This document shows positions 1 through 9,272 of a DNA stretch of 64,000 nucleotides, piece by piece; the stretch's first letter is position 1, and each line of letters begins with the position of its first letter. The notes under the pieces were generated by a model, which saw only the letters and a program-made list of their open reading frames with translations, was not told where the DNA came from and ran no database searches. Made by a program: the position numbers and the translations under genes. This stretch comes from Terriglobia bacterium (lineage in GTDB: Bacteria > Acidobacteriota > Terriglobia > 20CM-2-55-15): NCBI GenBank assembly GCA_963664115.2, contig CAXWPJ010000009.1, positions 32,001-96,000 of the forward strand, in the 5' to 3' direction.

Positions 1-1156
1 TGGTGGCAAAGGTCGACTCAATGGGATTCGTCGTTCTGATGCTCTGCCAGTGCTTGGCCGGAAAGTCGTAAAAGGCCAGCAGTTCCTCTCTGTCTTTCTG
101 CAGGCAGAGTGTGGCTTTCGGATACTTCGGTTCATAGGTTTCAATGAACAAGTCGAATGCCTTCTCGGCGTCTGCCTTCGTCTCGGCCTGCCAGATCGAG
201 TGCAGGGCCTGTTTCGCCTTCGCCTGGACCGACTTGGGCAGGCAGTTGAGGACGTTCATGACTTTGTGCATCCAGCAACGTTGTTGACGTGTCTCGGGAT
301 AGATTTCCTCCAGTGCGGCCCAGAACCCCATCGCACCGTCACCGATGGCCAACTTCGGAACATTCATCCCACGGGACTTCAGCTTCAACAAGACCTCGCG
401 CCAACTCTGTGTCGATTCCCGTACACCGTCTTCGATCGCCAGGAAACGCTTCTCTCCGCGTTCATTCACGCCGATCACGACCAATGCACACAACTTGGTT
501 TGTTCCGCCCGAAGTCCGCTGTAGATGCCGTCGGCCCAGACATAGACCCAGCGATCTGCATCCAAACGCTCCTCGCATCCGAGGCGGTACTGTTCGCCCC
601 AAACCTGTTTCAACCGCGATACCGTGCTCGCCGACAGACCCTGCGCCTGGGGACCGACAAGAACTTTTAGGGCCTCACCCATCTCGCCGCTGGAAACGCC
701 TTTCAAATACAACCACGGCACCGCTGCTTCCAGCGACTTCGTCTTCCGAATGTACGGTGGTACCAGGGCCGATCGGAACGTCACAGCTTCGCCCGTCTTG
801 GCACGGACCTTCGGGATTTGGACTGTTACCGGACCCAATCCCGTCTGCAGTTCGCGTTCCGGCAGATAACCGTTGCGTACCACCCCGGCGTTTCCTGTCT
901 CAGTTCGCCGGCCACCGTGCTGGGATAGCAGCTCTGCCAATTCGGCTTCCACTGCGCGTTGGATCAGTTGCTGTGCCCCAACTCGTAGTAGTTCTGTTAC
1001 TGGATCCTCAATCGTTTCTCGACCTTCCGGTCCATTCACGTTACTCTTGCTCACAGTGGCGTATCTCCTATGGTTGCTTTGAAGTTTTGTCACAACAAAT
1101 CAACCAGATACGCCGCTCTTATTCAATCCCTCAAACACCAGATTCGGTTATAACTC
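1..1156 (-). mobile_element. IS256-family insertion sequence (left part; runs off the window start)
   Basis: Minus-strand end GAGTTATAACCGAATCTGGTG begins at 1156, exactly where the WbsX-like gene breaks off; a DDE transposase follows. Confidence 0.88.
2..1054 (-). CDS. IS256-family (mutator-type) transposase, 3' end outside the window
   Basis: Manual translation from GTG 1054: RNGYLPERELQTGLG, YVWADGIY, IGDGAMGFWAALEE, QRCWMHK, IRTTNPIESTF. Not in the ORF track because it has no stop in the window. Confidence 0.92.
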   Translation of the reverse strand, partial: MSKSNVNGPEGRETIEDPVTELLRVGAQQLIQRAVEAELAELLSQHGGRRTETGNAGVVRNGYLPERELQTGLGPVTVQIPKVRAKTGEAVTFRSALVPPYIRKTKSLEAAVPWLYLKGVSSGEMGEALKVLVGPQAQGLSASTVSRLKQVWGEQYRLGCEERLDADRWVYVWADGIYSGLRAEQTKLCALVVIGVNERGEKRFLAIEDGVRESTQSWREVLLKLKSRGMNVPKLAIGDGAMGFWAALEEIYPETRQQRCWMHKVMNVLNCLPKSVQAKAKQALHSIWQAETKADAEKAFDLFIETYEPKYPKATLCLQKDREELLAFYDFPAKHWQSIRTTNPIESTFAT

Positions 1157-1888
1157 GACAAATCGTTCCTCCCCCGGAAAATCTCGAGTGGTCCTGCGAA
1201 TGGATTCGGCGAGCCAATATTCGTAGTTCGAGGGGGTTCCGTTCAGCGCAATGAATGCCCTTGATCCGACACGCGGTGTCTGGTCCCATGACGGAACGAC
1301 AGTGCGATATACGTTGGAATGCGGGTACTCGCGATCAAGATAGGCCTCGGCCAGGGTTTCATACTCCACCACGTTGCCGTGAAAAGGAGTATAGAAATCA
1401 ATCTGTTCATTGACGTTCCCGCAGTCGTGATTATGGGGCGGGAACTGAATTCCGCTGTCAAACCCGAACCTGGCGTAATCTTCGTTCTCATTGGTAAGGG
1501 CCGCGCAAAGGTGGATTGCACCGATACCAACGCTTTCACAGTGCTCCCGCCAGACCCTCGCACTCTTTCGAGGATCCGGCAGACGCTGCGGTTCGTAAAC
1601 AATCAGGAAAGGCGCACCGTTCTGTTGGATGTAGCGAGGGTCATTAAAAAACGGGGACACACTCTTGATGAAGTCCAGGTCATCGTTCGGTAATTGCTTT
1701 TGTCCGATAAGAATTTCATCGTCAGCGCCATCCCAACGACGGGTCCAATTCTCGTTCGCCCAGCACAGGCAAAACGGCATATCGCTTGAGGGGTCATCCA
1801 ACATATCGTCAAGGGGGCGATTCAATATGCGGGTACCGGAAAACCAATAGTAGTGGTAGCAGAATCCGTCGATGCCATACTGCCTGGC
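1157..1888 (-). pseudogene. WbsX-like (GH99-like) glycosyltransferase, internal fragment
   Basis: ARQYGIDGFCYHYYWFSG...FCLCWANENWTRRWDG...PSWDQTPR; N-terminus replaced by IS3 DNA, C-terminus cut by IS256 after ERFV. Confidence 0.85.
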
Positions 1889-2077
1889 AGCCCTTCCAAT
1901 ACAATCCGCACCTTTTCTTCCGACGAGTACTTCTTCCGCGTCTTTCGACGAATCTCGCGCACTCGATCTTCTGCCGACACTTTCTCTCTCATCCGATCCT
2001 CCTTGAGATCGTTTCGATCCCGAAAGTGTCTCTTAGTTTTTCAGTGAAGTCTGGACGAAATGCTCTGACGAGCTACA
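1888..2077 (-). mobile_element. IS3-family remnant (left end plus first 35 codons of OrfA)
   Basis: Starts TGTAGCTCGTCAG at 2077; AGGAGG then ATG 1992 gives MREKVSAEDRVREIRRKTRKKYSSEEKVRIVLEGL, then joins the WbsX-like sequence. Confidence 0.8.
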
Positions 2078-2366
2078 CGTTAGCCCAAAGCGCTGCATCG
2101 GCTGTCCTGCCGAACACGGCATAGAACAGTGCCACGATAGCCTGATACAGCGGCGGGTAATATCCTGTCAGACCCAGCGCGACGGACCCCAGCGCTTCGA
2201 AAATGGAGGTCGTCCGAAAAGCCTCATAGATCCTGAGTGCAGCGCTCTGGTGACCCGCCATATCCCAGAATGGCGGTCGCGTGTCATAGGCGATCCAGAC
2301 GAGATTGGTCGCGATCAGATAGGCACCGGAAACGAACAACAGGACTCGATTTCGCATATGGCTCAA
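2078..2366 (-). pseudogene. GT39/ArnT-like membrane glycosyltransferase, N-terminal fragment
   Basis: TM helix then DTRPPFWDMAGH...YYPPLY; the stop is created at the IS3 junction. Confidence 0.7.
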
Positions 2367-2510
2367 TCGATTGATGATAGCAAATGAACAATGCCGCGTG
2401 ACGACTTATGGGTGACAAGAACTGCGTTCACGCTCGTGCCTTGGCCATCGTCGCGCGTCGAAGAGGGAAAGTTAGGAAGAGGAAAAAAGAGTGTGGATGG
2501 ACCGAATGTC

Positions 2511-2765
2511 CTAGCTATCAGCCTTTGGTTCGGCTTTCAGGCCTTCGGCGATCTTCTCGAGCATGTCCTTGTCCGGGATCTGGGACTCGACGGCGGAGAC
2601 GTTCTGGTTCTTGATCGCCTCGTAGATTTCGTGCCTGTAAATGGAGATGTGGGGCGGTGCTTTTATGCCAATACGAACGTTGTCGCGACCGATCCTGAGA
2701 ACCTGAATCTCGATCTCGTTCCCGATGATCAGCCGTTCGTCTTTCTTTCGCGTGACAACGAGCAT
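2511..2765 (-). CDS. csrA: Carbon storage regulator CsrA
   Basis: MLVVTRKKDERLIIG...VRIGIKAP...IYRHEIY; next to fliW. Confidence 0.97.
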   Translation of the reverse strand: MLVVTRKKDERLIIGNEIEIQVLRIGRDNVRIGIKAPPHISIYRHEIYEAIKNQNVSAVESQIPDKDMLEKIAEGLKAEPKADS

Positions 2766-2937
2766 CCTTGGTCAATATCCGCCTGTGCGAAAGGCGCCTC
2801 CGGCGCCTTCGGTAATTACTACCCTCGCGGCATCATAGCCCCAAAGTACTCTGGTAGCAAGCCGTTCTTGCCCCGAACCGGCCTCTGCGTGGACCTCTGA
2901 CAGGGTGCGTCCCCCAGCCGGCGATCGGAGTTACAGG

Positions 2938-3369
2938 CTAGGATACGAGCGACTGACGAACCGAAAATTCGGAATCGGTCAGGATGATCTGCTTTCCGAT
3001 CATTTCCTTGTGGTTGACCAGCAACGGCGCCTGGAAATTGCCCGTGCTCTTCTCCGCCGTCGGGCCGAGAATTACAGTGACGAAGGCCAGTCTATCGTTT
3101 CGATCCGTGACGCCGATAGACTCCCACTCCCGCTTTGGGATCAGATGGCAATACTCGGGTACGCGGTTGGTCGGATCCAGGACCAGGAACCCTACGTCAG
3201 AAGAATCAACGGCACGCAGCAGTTGGAAGGGCGCCAGGTAGTCGTTCTCCAGCAGGTTGAAGTTTTTAAAGTCCGAATAACCAATCAATCCTTCCTCAAA
3301 ATGGATGATGGTCTCCTGACCTTGAATGTCTGACTGACTTACGTAGTCGGGTGTTTCGATAACTTTCAT
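2938..3369 (-). CDS. fliW: Flagellar assembly factor FliW
   Basis: FEEGLIGY, FLVLDP, TGNFQAPLLVN...GKQIIL; between flgL and csrA. Confidence 0.93.
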   Translation of the reverse strand: MKVIETPDYVSQSDIQGQETIIHFEEGLIGYSDFKNFNLLENDYLAPFQLLRAVDSSDVGFLVLDPTNRVPEYCHLIPKREWESIGVTDRNDRLAFVTVILGPTAEKSTGNFQAPLLVNHKEMIGKQIILTDSEFSVRQSLVS

Positions 3370-3375
3370 GGTTTC

Positions 3376-4254
3376 CTACCTCAAGTAATCAAGCAGCGAT
3401 AGCTGCGAAATCCTGGCGCCAACCGCCAGGGTGGACTGCAAAGCACTCTGATAAGACTGAAATTCGCTAAGCGTCTCGGTGAGATCGGCCGACTCCAGGT
3501 CAACGAGATTCTTCTCTCGAGCCAAAGAGAGCGCGGTCATTTCTTGTGATGCTGAATCTGCAACGTTGATCAGACTTCCCACACGGCTACGACTCAAGGA
3601 CAAACCTTCCCATGCCGATACGATGGGCTTCAGCTTGGCATCAATGTCGCTCTTGACACCCGACTTCATCGCCGCAATCAGGTCCGTCATAGACTTAAAA
3701 ACATCATTTCCCGTACCGAAAAGTTCGCTGCCCGGGATCTGGGTTTGAAGAGTCGAAGCCCGTCCTGTCTGCACTTTGACAACGTCGGAGTTGCCCTTGT
3801 AGGTCACAACGCCTGCCGCATCCTTCTGAAACGGAGGCGTTTCCCCGTCACTTCCACCAAAAATGAACCGCCCCTGGAACGCGGCATTGGCAGACCCGAC
3901 GATCTGATCGCGTAAGCCTTCGACTTCAACACTGAAACTGTCGCTATCGATAGAACTGCCGATGGCCGACAACGCCAGGAAACGGACTCGTTCGACCATG
4001 CCCTGCAGGCTCGCCAGAGCCGTGTCAGTAAATTCAAGCCGGGACCGCCCGAATTCCACGTTCCTCGCGTATTGACTGACTTCGATCTTGTCCGCGTTGA
4101 GCCGAATAATGTCAGACACCTCACGGGGGTTATCTGAGGGCCGCAGGATCCCACGTCCGGTCGATACCTTGTTCTGTGCTTCGAGCATCTTTTCCTGAGT
4201 GCCCGCAACACTGCGCAGAAAGTCTCGCATCGCCATGCTTTCAGTAACTCTCAT
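3376..4254 (-). CDS. flgL: Hook-associated protein 3 FlgL
   Basis: MRVT...VSTGRGILRPSDNP...GRFIFGG...QLSLLDYL. Confidence 0.95.
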   Translation of the reverse strand: MRVTESMAMRDFLRSVAGTQEKMLEAQNKVSTGRGILRPSDNPREVSDIIRLNADKIEVSQYARNVEFGRSRLEFTDTALASLQGMVERVRFLALSAIGSSIDSDSFSVEVEGLRDQIVGSANAAFQGRFIFGGSDGETPPFQKDAAGVVTYKGNSDVVKVQTGRASTLQTQIPGSELFGTGNDVFKSMTDLIAAMKSGVKSDIDAKLKPIVSAWEGLSLSRSRVGSLINVADSASQEMTALSLAREKNLVDLESADLTETLSEFQSYQSALQSTLAVGARISQLSLLDYLR

Positions 4255-5630
4255 CTGACAACCATCGACAGTATTGTCTGCAACAATTCATCAACGATCC
4301 GAATCAATGATGCGGACGCCTGATACGCCCGTTGAAACCTCAGGATGTCCATTGTTTCTTCATCCGCCGACACTCCGGATATCGAATCGCGCCGATTCCT
4401 GAGTTGATGCAGCAACGCAGCATGGTGGTCCAGCTCTCCCCCGACGTTTGTCGTGTCGTTACCGATCGTAAAAACGAGACTGCGATATTGATCGATGACC
4501 GACCCCCCGGTAAAAACCTGCTTGTGCGTCAGATTCCCGATATCGGTGGCGGCTTGGTTGTCGGTGCCGGCCACCAGTTTGGCAGCGGCGATCTTCGTCG
4601 GGTCCGTTGAAATCGCTGAGTTCAATTTGATCAGCCGGGCGGCGGAGCTGGCCGAGGCCAGGGGATCGAAGAAGTTGACACCCGTGTTTCCACTACGGTC
4701 ATAGGAAACGGAATGAATCGCATTGACCTCGGTCGTGATCTCGTATGCAAGCTGATCCAGCTTGCTGATATAGTCGGGAACAAATTTGTCGCGGATCTGC
4801 TGCTGAGCAAAGACCCGACCGGATGTCACGGTACTGCTGACATCCACTGATCCTAACTTGACTGATACAAAACCGCCGGTTGCTGATGTGTCCCACGTTA
4901 ACGGGACCGTCTGACCGTCGAACACGAACAGAGTGCTGCCTATACTGAGCCGATAGTTGCCGTCAGCCCCTTCCAACTCGTTTACACCGATGTATTGGGA
5001 CAGCTCGTTAACCAAAGCCGTGCGTTGGTTTCTGAGGCTATTGGCGTTCTGACCTCCGACCTCCTGCACCTGGATGTCCTTTGCCAGTCCCGCGATCCGC
5101 TTTGCGAGACTGTTGATGTTTTCCAGGTAACTAACGAGGTCCTTGTCAGCCACGGTCTGCATCTGTCGGAGTTGGTCGCCTCGAGTTTGAAAACTCTGCG
5201 CCAGATTCTCAGCGGCAGTCTGAACCTGCTCGCGGGCATTGATCGATGCGGGATCTAGGGCGAGATCGTGAAAAGAATTGAAAAACTCCGTGATCACCCC
5301 AAGCATTCCGGTTTCGGCAATGTCGTTAAACAGAATCTCGACATCACGAAGCTTGCTATGAAGCAAATCAGAGCTCGTTTCGCTCGAAATTTCATCTCTC
5401 AGTCTGTTCTCGAGCAGCAGGTCTCTGATCGCTTCGATCCTCACAGCTTCCACACCGGAACCGGTCAACATCATGTCGCCCTCGTTCGGAGCCGGCTGCA
5501 CGATCAGGCGCTGTCTTGCGTAACCCGGCGTCCCCTCGTTCGCGATGTTATTGGAGGCAACTGCGAGTGCCTGCGTCGCCGTCTCCATGGAGCGGAGGGC
5601 CGAATTCATAATGGATGCAACGCCAGACAT
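4251..5630 (-). CDS. flgK: Hook-associated protein 1 FlgK
   Basis: SNNIANEGTPGYARQR...ISGVSADEETMDILRFQRAYQASA. Confidence 0.95.
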   Translation of the reverse strand: MSGVASIMNSALRSMETATQALAVASNNIANEGTPGYARQRLIVQPAPNEGDMMLTGSGVEAVRIEAIRDLLLENRLRDEISSETSSDLLHSKLRDVEILFNDIAETGMLGVITEFFNSFHDLALDPASINAREQVQTAAENLAQSFQTRGDQLRQMQTVADKDLVSYLENINSLAKRIAGLAKDIQVQEVGGQNANSLRNQRTALVNELSQYIGVNELEGADGNYRLSIGSTLFVFDGQTVPLTWDTSATGGFVSVKLGSVDVSSTVTSGRVFAQQQIRDKFVPDYISKLDQLAYEITTEVNAIHSVSYDRSGNTGVNFFDPLASASSAARLIKLNSAISTDPTKIAAAKLVAGTDNQAATDIGNLTHKQVFTGGSVIDQYRSLVFTIGNDTTNVGGELDHHAALLHQLRNRRDSISGVSADEETMDILRFQRAYQASASLIRIVDELLQTILSMVVR

Positions 5631-5633
5631 TTC

Positions 5634-5972
5634 TTATACCTGAACGACCACACGTCGCTGCGGGGCATTCTCTGAAATACCCTCTGCGGTATAGCCTTGT
5701 TTCATTAATCTAAAGTAGGGAGAAATTGAGATGAGATTCAGGAGAAGGGCAAGATTAAGGCGAGTTTGCGCTCCGAACGCAATGACACGCTCGCGTGACA
5801 GTTCGGATTCGTCCAGCGTTCCTCGAGAAACCAGACTTGTCTGTTCGGCCGCGGCTGTTTCGAAAGAGTCCGCATCGAACTCGATCAGCGCTTCCTTTTT
5901 TACAGATTCCAGCTCAAGCAATCGCTCAAGCAGTTCGTTCCCACTGAGGGGAGTGCCAGGTTCTTCATTCAT
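5634..5972 (-). CDS. Probable FlgN-like export chaperone
   Basis: 112 aa helical protein from ATG 5972, between flgM and flgK, with a C-terminal GY motif; call is mainly positional. Confidence 0.6.
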   Translation of the reverse strand: MNEEPGTPLSGNELLERLLELESVKKEALIEFDADSFETAAAEQTSLVSRGTLDESELSRERVIAFGAQTRLNLALLLNLISISPYFRLMKQGYTAEGISENAPQRRVVVQV

Positions 5973-6113
5973 CTCAGTTCTCTCTTCTCGTCTGTCGCGA
6001 CATATGGAGCGGTGGGTCACCCACTCTATTCCAATGCCTGCATTACCTGCCGCCAGGGGCGGCGTCACTCACTCTTTGGCTTTTCTGACTCCTGGGGCCA
6101 GCGCGATCCCCGA

Positions 6114-6422
6114 CTATTTCTTATGCGCCTCAATGATCTTGTTCGCTATGTCTTCTCCCGATACGTGATAAGTGCCGTTCTGAATCGCCTCTCGAATCTG
6201 GCTGATCCGTGCAGTGCGATCACTGCTTGATTCCCCAGCCAGCTGCGAAAGCCGGCCTATTTCTTTGGCTTTCGACGATAGGGCCACCAAGTCGTCCTGT
6301 GTGGGCTTGGGGGTCTGCTCCTTGGAGACGGGCCCGTCCTTGAGCCGCGCTTCCTGCGCCTTGTCCAAGGACAGGGGATCGTTTATCCCCTGATTGGTGC
6401 TGTGAATTCCGTCAATACTCAT
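6114..6422 (-). CDS. flgM: Anti-sigma28 factor FlgM
   Basis: RISQIREAIQNGTYHVSGEDIANKII; ATG 6422 preceded by AGGAG. Confidence 0.93.
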   Translation of the reverse strand: MSIDGIHSTNQGINDPLSLDKAQEARLKDGPVSKEQTPKPTQDDLVALSSKAKEIGRLSQLAGESSSDRTARISQIREAIQNGTYHVSGEDIANKIIEAHKK

Positions 6423-6562
6423 AACAAGCTCCTGGCAAATACTTCCGGCCGTGTTTTCGCCAACCGAGCCCCTCTCTGTGGGCCGGTTCACCGTCCATGG
6501 AAGCTCTATTTGGTCGAAACGTCCTTGTTTCAAACCCCGGGCACAATTTGCCTCTACGTAAC

Positions 6563-6590
6563 TGATCGGCAAAAGGGCCACACATCTTTA
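6563..6590 (-). promoter_or_regulatory. sigma28 promoter of flgM-flgN-flgK-flgL-fliW-csrA
   Basis: TAAA-N16-GCCGATCA. Confidence 0.8.
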
Positions 6591-6611
6591 ACCTTTCCGG
6601 TGAGGGAATAG

Positions 6612-7328
6612 TCATTCCGTCACCTCAAAATGAACATGCGGTCCGGTAGACCGGCCGGTTGAGCCGACCTGGGCAATGACCTCGCCCTGCCGCACACGGT
6701 CACCCACCCGCACATGATTGATTAAGTTATGCGCATACAACATTTTGCGGCCATCATCAGACTCGACTACCACCGCATTCCCATAGCCACCTTTCCTACC
6801 GCTCTCGACAACACGTCCGCTGCTCACGGCCTGGATCGGCGTGCCTTTAGGCGCGGCAATGTCGGTTCCCCGGTGGTAACGGATTTCGTCCGTGATGGGA
6901 TCGCGACGCCATCCCGTCGGAGAACTCACCTTACCGTTGACAGGAAGTGCTTCGGTGAGTGTTTCCTTTGCGGCCGGAGCCAAGCGTTGAACGGCGGGTT
7001 GAACCATGGGCTGAACCACGGGTTGAACATTGGGTTCAACCTTGAGTTGAACCTGGGATGACTGATTCCGGATCGCTTGCTCCAGTTGCTCGACCAGCGG
7101 CCCTTCCAGGTCTTGTGACATGGCTATGGCCAGTTCCTGCCGCAGCATGCCTCTGTAAATCTCTGAACTTGAAGAATCTCCGTACAGACCCCCTTCGGAT
7201 TCGATACTGGATTCCATACTCTTGATCAGCACCTCCAGGAACATCGCCTGAACCTGACTGGCAACCTCCTTGGGCCCCATCTCTCCAGACTGGAGTTGGC
7301 TGGAAATGCTGCTGATATCAAAATCCAT
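6612..7328 (-). CDS. flgJ: FlgJ-like rod-binding domain fused to an M23 peptidase
   Basis: N-terminal AMFLEVLIKSM...IYRGMLRQELA; C-terminal HRGTDIA, YAH, TGRSTGPHVHFEV; follows flgI. Confidence 0.82.
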   Translation of the reverse strand: MDFDISSISSQLQSGEMGPKEVASQVQAMFLEVLIKSMESSIESEGGLYGDSSSSEIYRGMLRQELAIAMSQDLEGPLVEQLEQAIRNQSSQVQLKVEPNVQPVVQPMVQPAVQRLAPAAKETLTEALPVNGKVSSPTGWRRDPITDEIRYHRGTDIAAPKGTPIQAVSSGRVVESGRKGGYGNAVVVESDDGRKMLYAHNLINHVRVGDRVRQGEVIAQVGSTGRSTGPHVHFEVTE

Positions 7329-7439
7329 ATCCGCTCTTATTCTTTAACCACAGAGGCGGGGAGGCAGAGAGATTCGAAATGTTGATTTCCCAGTCCCCAG
7401 TGTCTGCCGCTACTGTGTATTGAAAAATTCATTTTCCTT

Positions 7440-8540
7440 CTAAATAATTTCCAGATCGGCCTGCAGCGCGCCGGCCACTTTAAGCACCTCTAAAATGGCT
7501 ATCGTGTCGCGCGGAGTCACACCGAGCGCGTTCAATGCTCCGATCAGATCTTGTACTGTGGCGCCTTCGCCCAGCGTTACGAACTCGCTAATCTCTTCTT
7601 CAGCGTTAACCTGCTGGTCGGGGACGACTACCGTTTGTCCTTGAGAAAACCCCTGGGGTTGAGACACCTCGAAATCTGTTTCAATCTGTATGCTCAGATT
7701 CCCGTGGGCGATGGACACCGGCGATATTCGGACCTCACTTCCAATTACAATGGTCCCTGTTCTCTCGTTCACGACCACTCGCGCCCGGGTATCAATCTCG
7801 ACCGAAACCGCTTCGACAGCCGCAATGAACTCGATCGGCCGACGCTGATAATCTATCGGGACCGTCAGTCGCACTGAGCGCGAATCTAATGGTTTAGCAA
7901 TTGTCCCACCAAAGGCCTGGTTGAGCGCATCAGTGACCCGCGTGGCAGTCGTAAAGTCTGCCCTGTCAAGCACCAAGTCCAGTGTTTGCACCACTTCAGG
8001 CATCCCCGTGACGACCGTCCGCTCGACTGTCGCACCGTTCGGTATGCGACCAACTGTCGGATGATTGACACTGACGCCGGTTGTGTCGTTCCCTGCAGAG
8101 AAGCCCCCGAGAACCAGTGGACCCTGGGACATGCCATAGACACTGCCATCGGGTCCGAGCAGTGGAGTCCGGAGGAGGATGCCACCCTGAAGACTGGTCG
8201 CGTCCCCGATCGAAGAAACCGTGACATCGATCCTCGATCCTGTGCGGGAAAAGGCGGGCAGTTCGGCTGTAACCATGACCGCAGCGATGTTCTCAACCCG
8301 TATTGCCGGGTTGGTCAAGGTCAAACCGAAGCGCTCCAGCATGTTGATCAGGGTCTGGTTTGTGAAAAACGTCTGCTGGCGGTCGCCCGTCTTGTTCAGA
8401 CCGATTACGAGGCCATAACCAACCAGCGAATTGCCGCGAACACCGGAGATATGGCTGATGTCCTTGAGACGCGAACCTGCCGCCTGGGCCGGACCTGCAA
8501 AACTCAGCAACAAAACGACCGCGATGGTGCGTACCCACAT
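7440..8540 (-). CDS. flgI: P-ring protein FlgI
   Basis: RLKDISHISGVRGNSLVGYGLVIGL...GALQADLEII; start at 8540 or 8561. Confidence 0.97.
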   Translation of the reverse strand: MWVRTIAVVLLLSFAGPAQAAGSRLKDISHISGVRGNSLVGYGLVIGLNKTGDRQQTFFTNQTLINMLERFGLTLTNPAIRVENIAAVMVTAELPAFSRTGSRIDVTVSSIGDATSLQGGILLRTPLLGPDGSVYGMSQGPLVLGGFSAGNDTTGVSVNHPTVGRIPNGATVERTVVTGMPEVVQTLDLVLDRADFTTATRVTDALNQAFGGTIAKPLDSRSVRLTVPIDYQRRPIEFIAAVEAVSVEIDTRARVVVNERTGTIVIGSEVRISPVSIAHGNLSIQIETDFEVSQPQGFSQGQTVVVPDQQVNAEEEISEFVTLGEGATVQDLIGALNALGVTPRDTIAILEVLKVAGALQADLEII

Positions 8541-8573
8541 ATGCTCACCCTTAGTTTTCATAATTAGTAGCCA

Positions 8574-9272
8574 CTAAAACGGCGTAATCAGTTGGAACAA
8601 CTTGTAAAAAAAGCCCGGTTCGTTAGCATCGGTCACGACACCTTTTCCATCGAACTTCACTTCCATGTGCGCGATTGAGCTGGAAAGCACCAGATTGTTT
8701 GGGCTCACGTCGCGAGACCGGACCACACCCCGGAGAGTCAGGATGTGACTTTCACGGTTGATGGTGACCAGTTTGGATCCTTCGAGCACCAGGTCGCCGT
8801 TGGGTAACACTTCCACAACCCGCGCCGAGAGCGAAGCGGTCAGCGTTCCACTCCGTGAGGTCCTTCCCTCACCGGAAAAAGACAGATCCGAAAGGCCCTG
8901 AAGAATACTGGCAAAGTTCAGCGCAGAAGCGCCTTGCTCCAAACCGAAGAACGACGGCGCCGAAGCGTTCGATTCTCCGTCGCGGTCCGTTGACGTATTG
9001 GCCGAATTCGAAGCAGACGAATTTTCAAGAATCTGAATCGTTACGATATCGTTTAGATTCCGCGCCTTCACATCCACAAAAAGAAACAGGTTCGATGCGT
9101 TAGCTGAAAACAGCGACGGGCCAGACTCTGGCTGCTCTCTCCCGCTCACCCTAGCCTGACGTAGATATTCTTCGAGCGGCGAAATCTTGTGATCACTCTC
9201 TTCGACCTGGCCGGTCCCATATAACGGTGCAGACAGAGCTATCAACAGCACTACGACAATGGCTGGCTTCAC
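8574..9272 (-). CDS. flgH: L-ring protein FlgH
   Basis: DVKARNLNDIVTIQILE, ARVVEVLPNGDLVLEGSK, C-terminal PF. Confidence 0.95.
   Translation of the reverse strand: MKPAIVVVLLIALSAPLYGTGQVEESDHKISPLEEYLRQARVSGREQPESGPSLFSANASNLFLFVDVKARNLNDIVTIQILENSSASNSANTSTDRDGESNASAPSFFGLEQGASALNFASILQGLSDLSFSGEGRTSRSGTLTASLSARVVEVLPNGDLVLEGSKLVTINRESHILTLRGVVRSRDVSPNNLVLSSSIAHMEVKFDGKGVVTDANEPGFFYKLFQLITPF

Noticed and set aside
50-1254. Plus-strand ORFs 50-670 and 289-1254
   Set aside because: Antisense shadows of the IS256 transposase on the minus strand
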